A stretch of 33,613 bases of DNA from IMG/VR virus record IMGVR_UViG_3300011008_000181; one strand, written 5' to 3'. Source of the DNA: a virus. Made by a program: the position numbers and the translations under genes. The notes beneath the pieces were generated by a model. That model ran no database searches. It was not told where the DNA came from and worked only from the letters and a program-made list of their open reading frames with translations. Below, one piece after another: positions 8,692-17,166 of this stretch; within the stretch, counting starts at the first letter, position 1; every line of letters starts with the position of its first letter.

Positions 8692-11659
8692 GGGTATAAC
8701 AATTGAAATCGGCGGATCTACCCAAAAGTTAGATCAAGCCTTAAAGGGGGTTAATAACACCGCGAAATCGTTACAGAACGAATTAAAGGCGGTAAATAAC
8801 GCCCTTAAACTTGACCCGAAAAACGTAGAACTTGCAGCAAAGAAGCAGGAACTATTAAAAGAGTCGGTAGCAAATACAAAAGAAAAGTTAGACACCTTAA
8901 AGCAGGCGCAGGAACAAGCCCGCGCAGCGTTTGAACGCGGCGAAATGGGCGAAGACAAATACCGCGCACTTGAAACCGAGATCATCAACACGGAGTCAGA
9001 CTTAAAGAAACTTGAAACCGAGTTAGAGAACACAAAGAAAGACGCCGACAATTTAGGAATGGCAATGCAGGACGTCGGCGGTAGAATGCAGGCAGCAGGA
9101 CAGAAGATCGAGTCCGCCGGAAAAGCCCTTGCGCCTTTATCGGCAGCCGCCGCAGCCGTTGGCGCAGCTGCCGTTAAGTCCGCTATGGAATTAGACGAGG
9201 GCTACGACACCGTTATCACAAAGACGGGCGCAACGGGTAAGACATTAGAGTCCTTGAAAAATAGCGTTGATAATGTGTTTACAGATCTTCCAACAACCGC
9301 AGCAGACGCAGGAACGGCAATCGGAGAAGTAAACACCCGCTTCGGAGCAACGGGCAAGGAATTAGAAAGCCTTTCAAAAGATTTTATCCGCTTCGCGCAG
9401 ATCAACGGAACGGATCTAAACACGTCTATTGATAGCGTCGATAGCATAATGACAAAGTTCGGGGTTGACAGTAGCCAAACAACGAACGTATTAGGTCTTA
9501 TGACAAAGGCGGGGCAAGACACGGGAATTTCTATGGACGCGTTGGAAAGTTCTTTGCAGACCAACGGCGCAACCCTTAAAGAAATGGGGTTAGGTCTTAC
9601 CGAGTCCGTAAACCTACTTGCACAATTCGAGTCGTCCGGCGTTGATAGCACAACCGCCCTTGCAGGCTTGAAAAAAGCGCAGCAGAACGCAACCGCCCAA
9701 GGAAAAACCCTTGACGAAGCGTTGGGCGAAACCGTCGAGTCTATAAAGAACGCAGGAAGCGAAACCGAAGCGTTGCAGATCGCAACGGATCTTTTCGGAA
9801 AGAAAGGCGCGGCAGAAATGACGCAGGCGATCCGCGAGGGGCGTTTTTCCCTTGAAGATCTTACGGCGTCATTAGGCGACTACGGAACAACCGTCGAAGA
9901 TACATTCAACGCAACATTAGATCCGTGGGACGAAGCAAAAGTCGCGCTTAACAACTTAAAACTTGCAGGATCAGAACTTGCGGGCGAACTTTTAGCGTCA
10001 CTTCAACCCGTGATCGCTTCCGTTGTGGAAAAAGTGAAGAACTTTTCAACGTGGTTTAAGAATTTGGACGGCAACACAAAAGCACTTATCGGAAAGATCC
10101 TTTTACTTGTTGCGTCGTTGTCGCCCGCTTTAATGATAATCGGGAAACTAACGTCGGGAGTCGGCGGACTTGTTACGAAGATCGGCGGGGCAATAACGAA
10201 GATCGGCGGTTTGCAAGGCGTACTTGCCGCCCTAACGTCGCCCGTCGGAATTGTTATCGCAGCGATCGCCGCACTTGTCGCCGCTTTTGTGTATTTCTAC
10301 AAGACAAACGACGAGTTCCGCGAGAAAGTAAACGGCGCACTTGAAAAAGTAAAGACGGCGTTTACTAAAATGGTCGAAGCAATAAAGCCACTACTTGCGA
10401 ACCTTAAAGCGGCGTTTGATAGTCTTATGCAGGCTTTACAACCGATCTTTGAATTATGGATCAATTACATAACACGACTTGTTAGCGGAATAATGGCAGC
10501 CGTACCAAGCATTATTGCAGCCGTAACAAACGTCGTCGAGTTCATAACGAACATTATAAACGCGCTTGTTGCATTGCTTCACGGCGATTTTGAGGGCTTC
10601 TTTACCTACATAAAGGCAGCGTGGCAGAACGTTATAAACTTTATCAAAAACATATTGTCGGCGTGGGCGGCGTTCCTTTCAACGTTCTTTTCCGGCGTAT
10701 GGACGGCAATTAAGAATATCTTTTCCACCGTCGGAACGTGGTTTCAAACTATGTTTACAACCGCGTATAACAACATTGTGAACGCCTTTAAGAATATCGG
10801 ACAATGGTTTGCGGCAAGGTGGACGGACATTAAGAACGCACTTTCAACCGCGGCAACGTGGTTTTTAACTATGTTTCAAAATGCCTATAACAACATTGTG
10901 AACGTATTTAAGGCGATCGGACAATGGTTTGCGGCAAGGTGGACGGACATTAAGAACGCTTTATCAACCGTTGCAACGTGGTTTCAAACAATGTTTAACA
11001 ATGCCTACCAAAACGTTGTAAATATCTTTAAGGGTATCGGACAATGGTTTGGCGCACGTTGGACGGATATTAAGAACGTCTTTGCAAATGTGGCAACATT
11101 CTTTTCGGAGAAGTTCAACGCAGCAGCAACGGCAATTAAGAACGCCTTTACATCAATCCCGCAATTCTTCACGGATCTTTGGACGAAGATAACCGGAATA
11201 TTTAAGGACGCAGGGCAGAAAGTAGCCGACGGCGTTATGGGCGCGTTTAAGTCCGCTTGTAATTCCGTATTCGGTACGATTGAAAATATCGTAAACGGCT
11301 TTATAAATGCGATCAACGCCGTAATAGGAACAATAAACGAAATTCCGGGGGTTTCTATTGGCAAATTATCAACCGTAAGTCTTCCAAGACTTGCAAAAGG
11401 TGGTATCGTCGCAAAAGGTCAAGCGATCGTTGGAGAAGCAGGCGCGGAACTTCTTACCGTCGCAGGCGGAAAAGCAATCGTAACGCCGCTTTCCGGCAAG
11501 GATAAACAAAACACACTTGCGGCAGCAAGCGGCAAGGGCGACTTTATCCAAAATATAAAGATTGAGAGTCCGAAAGCCTTAACACCTTACGAGGTAGCAA
11601 GGCAGACGAGAAACCAAACCCGAAATATGGTTTTACAATTACAAGGGGGTAACGCTTAA
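8675..11659 (+). CDS. Tail tape measure protein
   Basis: 994 aa with an N-terminal coiled coil, a central hydrophobic segment and internal 40-aa tandem repeats. Canonical position. Confidence 0.9.
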   Translation: MAANIKGITIEIGGSTQKLDQALKGVNNTAKSLQNELKAVNNALKLDPKNVELAAKKQELLKESVANTKEKLDTLKQAQEQARAAFERGEMGEDKYRALETEIINTESDLKKLETELENTKKDADNLGMAMQDVGGRMQAAGQKIESAGKALAPLSAAAAAVGAAAVKSAMELDEGYDTVITKTGATGKTLESLKNSVDNVFTDLPTTAADAGTAIGEVNTRFGATGKELESLSKDFIRFAQINGTDLNTSIDSVDSIMTKFGVDSSQTTNVLGLMTKAGQDTGISMDALESSLQTNGATLKEMGLGLTESVNLLAQFESSGVDSTTALAGLKKAQQNATAQGKTLDEALGETVESIKNAGSETEALQIATDLFGKKGAAEMTQAIREGRFSLEDLTASLGDYGTTVEDTFNATLDPWDEAKVALNNLKLAGSELAGELLASLQPVIASVVEKVKNFSTWFKNLDGNTKALIGKILLLVASLSPALMIIGKLTSGVGGLVTKIGGAITKIGGLQGVLAALTSPVGIVIAAIAALVAAFVYFYKTNDEFREKVNGALEKVKTAFTKMVEAIKPLLANLKAAFDSLMQALQPIFELWINYITRLVSGIMAAVPSIIAAVTNVVEFITNIINALVALLHGDFEGFFTYIKAAWQNVINFIKNILSAWAAFLSTFFSGVWTAIKNIFSTVGTWFQTMFTTAYNNIVNAFKNIGQWFAARWTDIKNALSTAATWFLTMFQNAYNNIVNVFKAIGQWFAARWTDIKNALSTVATWFQTMFNNAYQNVVNIFKGIGQWFGARWTDIKNVFANVATFFSEKFNAAATAIKNAFTSIPQFFTDLWTKITGIFKDAGQKVADGVMGAFKSACNSVFGTIENIVNGFINAINAVIGTINEIPGVSIGKLSTVSLPRLAKGGIVAKGQAIVGEAGAELLTVAGGKAIVTPLSGKDKQNTLAAASGKGDFIQNIKIESPKALTPYEVARQTRNQTRNMVLQLQGGNA
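10696..11100 (+). repeat. In-frame tandem repeat, period exactly 120 nt (40 aa), about 3.4 copies, inside the tape measure gene
   Basis: GGACAATGGTTTGCGGCAAGGTGGACGGACATTAAGAACGC recurs exactly at 10799-10839 and 10919-10959, with a diverged copy at 11039. The peptide unit is WFAARWTDIKNALST..TWF.TMF.NAYNNIVN.FK.IGQ. Confidence 0.9.
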
Positions 11660-12541
11660 ATGTCAGCAGATAGACAGATCATTTGTATAAATGAAGACGG
11701 CGTCGAAGTAATTTTCGACTATGACGACGAAAGCGCGTTCTTTCTTGAAAGCGTCGACGGCGTAATGAGTGTATCGAACAAGGTTGCAACGTCCGAAAAC
11801 ACCACCGTCGACGGATCTACCTATCAAGGAAGCGTCACACTTCAAAGAAATATTGTTTTGACGGCGCACATATCCCGCCGACACGTCTATTATCGCAATA
11901 TGCTTTATAAATGCTTCAAACCGAAGACATTAGGCAAATTGACGTATAAGGAAGAAGACGAACGCCGTATTATCGACTACCGCGTGGAGTCGGTAGACAT
12001 TGACGAAAAAGGGGTTGTCCGCAACGCGACAATTTCCCTTATTTGCCCCGATCCTTTCTTTAAGGACGAGGAAGACACGATCGTCACTATGGCGGGTTGG
12101 GAAGCGCGTTTTGAATTTCCGCATTGCTTCGTCGCAGAAAAAGAACCGTTCGGCGAAAGAGTGGCGGAGATCATCAAGGAAATAGAAAACGATAGCGCGG
12201 CGGACAATATCGGTATAGAAATTCTTATCGAAGCAATGGGCGCGGTCACAAACCCCGCGATCTATCACACCGAAAAGCAGGAATATATAAAAGTGGGAAC
12301 GGAAAACAACCCGCTTTCATTATCCCGCGGGGAAGCGGTAAGAATTACAACCGGAACAAACGAAAAAGCCGTCTACCTTATCCAAGGGGAAACAGAAACC
12401 GAAATCAACGAATATTTGGACGAGGGATCGGACTTTATACAATTAGGACACGGCAGGAATACTTTTACATACGCAGCGGACGAGGGGCGCGACTATATGA
12501 ACATTACCATTACTTACCGTTTGCGTTATTTGGGGGTATAG
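11660..12541 (+). CDS. Distal tail protein (Dit-like)
   Basis: 293 aa. The ATG overlaps the tape-measure stop (TAAATG). Contains a 'LICPDPFF' motif typical of siphovirus tail proteins. Confidence 0.6.
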   Translation: MSADRQIICINEDGVEVIFDYDDESAFFLESVDGVMSVSNKVATSENTTVDGSTYQGSVTLQRNIVLTAHISRRHVYYRNMLYKCFKPKTLGKLTYKEEDERRIIDYRVESVDIDEKGVVRNATISLICPDPFFKDEEDTIVTMAGWEARFEFPHCFVAEKEPFGERVAEIIKEIENDSAADNIGIEILIEAMGAVTNPAIYHTEKQEYIKVGTENNPLSLSRGEAVRITTGTNEKAVYLIQGETETEINEYLDEGSDFIQLGHGRNTFTYAADEGRDYMNITITYRLRYLGV

Positions 12542-12542
12542 A

Positions 12543-13586
12543 ATGGAAATTCGGATCTATAACCCCGATCTTTATAGGATCGGGCAAGTTGAAAACCAAA
12601 CGTCGCTTATATGGACGCGAAAGTTTTTTGAAGCCGGAAACTTCGAGATCCACGCCCCGATCACATCACGAAACCTTGAACTTTTCGCAAAAGGAAATAT
12701 CGTAAGCATAAAAGGGGCAAAGGAAGCGGGCGTTATTGAAGATTTGGAAAAGGAAGAAAGCGACATAAAAAACGAAATAACCGTAAAAGGGCGTTTCCTT
12801 TCTTCCTATATGGATCGCCGGATCATTCGCGGAACGGTAAATTACGATAACGCAAAGATCGAAGTAGTTATGCGCGAATTATTAAGCGCGTGCGTTCCAA
12901 TCCCGCTTGTAGAGTTGGGAGAACTTCACGGCTTCGACGATCGCGTTTCTTTTCAAGCGACATATAGAAATTTGCAAGTCGTTTTAACAAAAATTGCAAA
13001 GTTTGGTCTTATCGGCTACCGCTTCACGCCGGACTTTGACGAACACAAAATCGTATTCGACACAATGAAAGGCGTAGACCATTCTTTCGCACAAAGCACA
13101 AATAACCGCGTAGTCTTTTCGGAAGACTATAACAACCTTACAAATGCGATCTATAAGTTTAACGACCAAGCCTTGAAAACAAAAGCAATAGTCGGCGGGC
13201 AGGGCGACGGGGCGCAAAGGGTTGTTGTAGAAGTAGGCGGCGGCAGCGGGTTAGATCTTCGCGAAATGTTTGTCGACGCCCGCGATCTATCGCCGGAAGA
13301 CCTTACCGCGGCGCAATACAAGGAAGTATTAAAACAACGCGGATATGAAGCGTTGCAAGAAGCAATCGAAGCCGAAAGTTTAGAGTGTGAAACCGCGCCG
13401 GAAATAAATTTCAAGTATAAAAGCGACTATGATTTGGGCGACATTGTCACGATCAAAAAGAAGTCGTGGGGTTTGTATATGAACAAGCGTATAACCGAAA
13501 TACAAGAGGTTTACGAATACGGCGGGGGGTATGTAGTACCAACTTTGGGCGATCCACTTCCCGAAACGATAGATTGGGGGAATTAA
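12543..13586 (+). CDS. Tail-tip/baseplate protein (Gp37-like or Tal-like)
   Basis: 347 aa, follows Dit with a 1-nt gap. Called from position and weak recollection of the N-terminal pattern. Confidence 0.4.
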   Translation: MEIRIYNPDLYRIGQVENQTSLIWTRKFFEAGNFEIHAPITSRNLELFAKGNIVSIKGAKEAGVIEDLEKEESDIKNEITVKGRFLSSYMDRRIIRGTVNYDNAKIEVVMRELLSACVPIPLVELGELHGFDDRVSFQATYRNLQVVLTKIAKFGLIGYRFTPDFDEHKIVFDTMKGVDHSFAQSTNNRVVFSEDYNNLTNAIYKFNDQALKTKAIVGGQGDGAQRVVVEVGGGSGLDLREMFVDARDLSPEDLTAAQYKEVLKQRGYEALQEAIEAESLECETAPEINFKYKSDYDLGDIVTIKKKSWGLYMNKRITEIQEVYEYGGGYVVPTLGDPLPETIDWGN

Positions 13587-13589
13587 AAA

Positions 13590-14675
13590 ATGAGTGAATA
13601 CGCAATGTTTTACAATTCCGTAGAGGGCGACCGAGTTTATGACGCGGACGATATGACAGATTGGCTTAAACCTTTCTTCGTAACGGGCGTTTTTAACGGT
13701 CAAATGCAAGTAACCGCAAACGACGATATGACCGTCACAGTAGCGGACGGCTACGTCAATATAGGCGGAAAGGTTAAGAAGTTCCCGAACGCGCAGACAT
13801 TCGACATTGAAACGGCAAGCGGTACGCTTAACCGTATAGACAACGTTATTGTCCGCAGGAACGACACCGACCGCGATATTACGGTTATGATCCAAAAAGG
13901 CGGCTACGCGGAACACCCTACCGCACCGGAGATCGTAAGATCCAGCGCGTGCTACGACCTAAAGATCGCGGAAATCTATATTGCAGCAGGATCTATTAAG
14001 ATCACGCAAGCAGATATAACAGACACCCGCGCAGATAGTAGCGTTTGCGGTTGGGTTGTTTCAACGGTGCAGGAGATCGACTTTTCACAGATAACCGCAC
14101 AGTTTAACGCCTACTTCGCACGTTACCAAGGAATGATACAAAGTCAGTATGCAACCTACCTTTCAGTAATTGAGAATTTAGAGGGGCAGGGGCAGCAGGC
14201 ATATACAAATATGCTTAACGACTTTTCCGGTTACGAAGCAACGCAGCGGCAATTATTTTCGGATCTTTACGAAGAAATGCGCGATCTTATCGGCGAAGCA
14301 ACCGCGGCAATGTTACAAAACGAGATCGACGAGATCAAGAACACAACCGGAGTTATGGCGCGAAACCTTGCGACAAAATTAGCCTTTACAAACGGAACGG
14401 GCGAAACTTTGGAAGACTTCGTCTTGATCGTAACCAACACGGACACCGGAACGGTTACACGTTACACATTCAACGAAACAAGCCCGCTTCTTCTCACAGA
14501 ACACGGCGACTATACCGTGGAAGCAGAAGACGACGGCTACGTTGTATTACCGCACACGTTCACACTTGACCACACAAAGACAACCGAAACAATCAACTTC
14601 GATATTTATAGCGACGCGGGTTATGCTTATGTTGGCGGATATGTGGGCGCGTATGTAGCAAGTGGCGCAAACTAA
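13590..14675 (+). CDS. Tail fiber / baseplate upper protein-like
   Basis: 361 aa in the tail-tip module, with a central coiled-coil-like segment. Confidence 0.4.
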   Translation: MSEYAMFYNSVEGDRVYDADDMTDWLKPFFVTGVFNGQMQVTANDDMTVTVADGYVNIGGKVKKFPNAQTFDIETASGTLNRIDNVIVRRNDTDRDITVMIQKGGYAEHPTAPEIVRSSACYDLKIAEIYIAAGSIKITQADITDTRADSSVCGWVVSTVQEIDFSQITAQFNAYFARYQGMIQSQYATYLSVIENLEGQGQQAYTNMLNDFSGYEATQRQLFSDLYEEMRDLIGEATAAMLQNEIDEIKNTTGVMARNLATKLAFTNGTGETLEDFVLIVTNTDTGTVTRYTFNETSPLLLTEHGDYTVEAEDDGYVVLPHTFTLDHTKTTETINFDIYSDAGYAYVGGYVGAYVASGAN

Positions 14676-14699
14676 TTTATCAAAGAAAGGGGCTTAAAA

Positions 14700-15134
14700 A
14701 TGGCTTACAAAGTAAAAATAAATTGCAGGCAGGACTTTTTTAATTACCGCGATATGGCAAAGCAGGGGTTAGTTAAAACAAAAGACGTTATCAAAGAGAT
14801 TAAGCGCGTCAAGGGTCTTAACTACGACAAAGCGATCATCAACGAAATTTCGAGCGATCGTAAAACAATCAATGTAAATTACCTTGCAGAAGCGGACGAG
14901 GGAAGCGCGGCACGCGTTGGAAGCGTGGACGTTATCGTTAAGAGCGTTACACACAATCAGAGCGAACCGGACGAACACGGCAACGTAAACTTCCTTACAA
15001 GCGACATTGTCGTTAATAAGGCGGTAACGGCAGGGGCAACAACTTTCGATCTTGTCAACATTCCGAGTATCTACGAAAGATTAAACATCACGGAAGAAGA
15101 AGTCGACGAGATTTTGGCAGAATTAGAGGGATAA
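14700..15134 (+). CDS. Hypothetical tail-module protein
   Basis: 144 aa with a good RBS (AAAGGGG). Lies between fiber-like genes. Confidence 0.5.
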   Translation: MAYKVKINCRQDFFNYRDMAKQGLVKTKDVIKEIKRVKGLNYDKAIINEISSDRKTINVNYLAEADEGSAARVGSVDVIVKSVTHNQSEPDEHGNVNFLTSDIVVNKAVTAGATTFDLVNIPSIYERLNITEEEVDEILAELEG

Positions 15135-15153
15135 AGAAAGGAGATATAAAGCA

Positions 15154-16266
15154 ATGGCAAAGTTTTTCTTATTTGACGAGTCAATGCAGAGCGCAAAAGC
15201 GAAGATAACGACCGCCAAACTTGCGACAATGGGCGACATTGTGGCAAACGAAAAGGCTTTTATCTACGCAGAGGGCGAAGACGCGCCGGACGAAATTACC
15301 GTTATGGGAAACGTTCTTGTTGCGGTAGGAAATTCGATCTTTAAGACCGTAGAAACAACACTTACCGCCGCAAACCTTGATAGCGGATCGGCGTTCGTAG
15401 TCGGAACGGACTACAATATCTTTGTTTGCGATCCTACAAACGGCGACGAAACCGTGGATCAGAACGAAGTATTTGTAATTTCGGTATCAACAACTTATCC
15501 GGTAGGATATACCGCAGCAAATAGCCGTCGTATTGGCGGTTTCCATTACGGCGTAGTTCGTAAGATTGACGACAACGGCGAACCCGTAAACGCAAGCGGA
15601 ACAACACGCGGCAGCGGTTGGGAAAGCAATGTTTACAACGGGATCTTGCCTAATTCCGTATGGACGCTTTTACACCGTCCGAAGTGCGATCCCGCCGGAA
15701 TGGTTTACATTGGTAACGGTCTTTGGGGCGACATTTATTTGTCTTCCGACGATAATAACGGCGGTCTTGCTACAATTAAGGGCGCAAACCCTATTACCGG
15801 AACAGAGGGGCTTAATTGGTACATTGCCAACGAGAAAGCCCGCCGCGTAGGTAAAAGACTTCCTACATACGCGGAGTTTTGCCAAGCGGCAGCAGGCAGC
15901 CCCGCAGGGCAGGACGCAAACAATACTTACGCGTGGTCGGCTACCGGAAACACCGCAAGAACAAAGACCGGAAACGTAACTTACGCCGTTTCATCTATGA
16001 ACATTCGCGATCTTGTCGGCAACGTTTGGAAATGGGTAGACGAATTTTGCCTTGATCCTACGGCGTCCGCGTGGGCGTGGCAGGACGTTTTAGGAAGCGG
16101 ACACGGACAAGCATACATTCCGTCAAACACCGCGCTTCACGCGCTCATTTGCGGCGGGAGTTGGAACAACGGCGTCCGCGACGGCGACCGCGCCGTGGGT
16201 TGCGTCGATTACCCGTGGCACGTGAGCACGGCCTTTGGCGTTTGGTGCGTGTGTGACTCACAGTAA
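15154..16266 (+). CDS. DGR variable target protein, probable receptor-binding tail fiber with a C-terminal C-type-lectin/FGE-like fold
   Basis: 370 aa. The C-terminus 'RLPTYAEF...CGGSWNNGVRDGDRAVGCVDYPWHVSTAFGVWCVCDSQ' carries the VR over its last ~45 codons. It is the last gene of the tail module. Confidence 0.9.
   Translation: MAKFFLFDESMQSAKAKITTAKLATMGDIVANEKAFIYAEGEDAPDEITVMGNVLVAVGNSIFKTVETTLTAANLDSGSAFVVGTDYNIFVCDPTNGDETVDQNEVFVISVSTTYPVGYTAANSRRIGGFHYGVVRKIDDNGEPVNASGTTRGSGWESNVYNGILPNSVWTLLHRPKCDPAGMVYIGNGLWGDIYLSSDDNNGGLATIKGANPITGTEGLNWYIANEKARRVGKRLPTYAEFCQAAAGSPAGQDANNTYAWSATGNTARTKTGNVTYAVSSMNIRDLVGNVWKWVDEFCLDPTASAWAWQDVLGSGHGQAYIPSNTALHALICGGSWNNGVRDGDRAVGCVDYPWHVSTAFGVWCVCDSQ
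16131..16258 (+). repeat. DGR variable repeat (VR)
   Basis: 128 nt, 116/128 identical to the TR. All 12 differences fall at TR adenines. Confidence 0.95.
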
Positions 16267-16272
16267 GCAGAG

Positions 16273-16295
16273 GGCGGCGGCGAAAGCCGACCGCC
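16273..16295 (+). promoter_or_regulatory. GC-rich hairpin with GAAA loop just 3' of the VR (candidate DGR target-recognition hairpin/cruciform and/or terminator)
   Basis: In GGCGGCGGC-GAAA-GCCGACCGCC, the 9-nt 5' arm pairs with the 10-nt 3' arm to give a 9-bp stem with one bulged A. It starts 7 nt after the stop codon. Confidence 0.5.
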
Positions 16296-16333
16296 TTTCC
16301 CTAAAAATCTAAAAGAAAGGATATAACGGCGCA

Positions 16334-16765
16334 ATGCAGACGGCGGACGAGTACAAACCAAAATATGAAATACCGGAAACGGTCAAAGATACGGGCGCGG
16401 ACTACGTCCATACGAAAGCACATCAAGCGGCTTACGACTTTTCGGTTTATCTTCACGACAAAATGAAGAAATTACCACATTATGAAAAGTTTACATTGCA
16501 AAAAGAGATCCGCGACGCGATAGATCTAATATTGGACGAAATAGAACAATACGAGATCACGAAAGTTATTTCACACCTTTACGCGGCGGATCGGGCAAAA
16601 CGCCGACTTATGCGCAAGCTGCGGACTTGTTACGACCTTAAATATTCGGCAATCAATGAAAATGTTTTATTTTATTGCGCCGGACAATGCGCGATCATTG
16701 GTAAATTGATCGGGGGTCTTATCGGGGAAGCAAAAGAAAGAAAGCAGGGCGGCGCGGGTAAGTAA
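16334..16765 (+). CDS. avd: DGR accessory variability determinant (Avd, four-helix-bundle protein)
   Basis: 143 aa, predicted all-helical and basic. Sits between the target gene and the TR, as in canonical DGRs. Confidence 0.8.
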   Translation: MQTADEYKPKYEIPETVKDTGADYVHTKAHQAAYDFSVYLHDKMKKLPHYEKFTLQKEIRDAIDLILDEIEQYEITKVISHLYAADRAKRRLMRKLRTCYDLKYSAINENVLFYCAGQCAIIGKLIGGLIGEAKERKQGGAGK

Positions 16766-16826
16766 CCCGCCCGCCTTAACTTTGGGGCAACCGTTATTAC
16801 CGTATCGTTCGGGCGTTGCTATCCCG

Positions 16827-16954
16827 CGCGCTTCACGCGCTCATTTGCGGCGGGAATTGGAACAACGGCGTCCACGACGGCGACCGCGCCGTGAATTGCA
16901 ACAATTACCCGTGGAACGTGAACACGAACATTGGCGTTTGGTGCGTGTGTGACT
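16827..16954 (+). repeat. DGR template repeat (TR)
   Basis: A non-coding copy of the VR. In the VR frame it reads ALHALICGGNWNNGVHDGDRAVNCNNYPWNVNTNIGVWCVCD, which is rich in AAY codons. It contains 27 adenines. Confidence 0.95.
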
Positions 16955-17145
16955 TGTGAATTATAGACGGCGTCTTGTCCGCAAGCGTCGCAAGGGCTTT
17001 TATGTTAAGTCGTTTACATAGAGTCAGACGGTTGTAAAGAGATCCGCCGGACTTCCGGCGCGTCTTCCCGTTCCGGTTACGGACAAAGATTAAAGAACGA
17101 CGTTCCGAGAAGTAGCGAAAGCGAACCGCGGGGCGTCGTATTTTT
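16827..17145 (+). ncRNA. DGR template RNA (TR plus structured downstream spacer)
   Basis: No ORF spans this region. Several hairpins lie downstream of the TR, for example CGCCGG-ACTT-CCGGCG at 17045-17060 and an 11-bp stem pairing 17097-17107 with 17129-17139, followed by ATTTTT. Confidence 0.6.
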
Positions 17146-17166
17146 ATACTATTAGGAAATTGGAAA

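Noticed and set aside
10696-11100. I considered whether the regular 120-nt repeats could be a CRISPR array or non-coding satellite.
   Set aside because: The repeats are contiguous, with no unique spacers. They are in frame within the tape measure ORF and are conserved at the peptide level.
13380-13916. A 178-aa ORF on the - strand spans the junction of two tail genes.
   Set aside because: It is antisense to two tightly coupled + strand tail genes. It has no RBS and a Cys/Arg/Val-rich, low-plausibility composition, which is typical of a shadow ORF.
15154-16130. I searched for a second VR or additional DGR target elsewhere in the window, using TR-like strings such as TTGGAACAACGGCG and ACCCGTGG.
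   Set aside because: I found only the one VR copy (16131-16258) by eye. No other gene shows TR similarity. An exhaustive alignment is still advisable.
16279-16293. The 15-mer GGCGAAAGCCGACCG is shared between the VR-flanking hairpin (16279-16293) and the putative ori region (30767-30781). I considered whether this marks a second DGR recognition site.
   Set aside because: There is no VR-like sequence upstream of the second copy. A single shared 15-mer is roughly what chance gives in a 33.6-kb self-comparison (expectation about 0.5-1, and higher given the GC-rich composition). I treat it as coincidence or a generic hairpin family.
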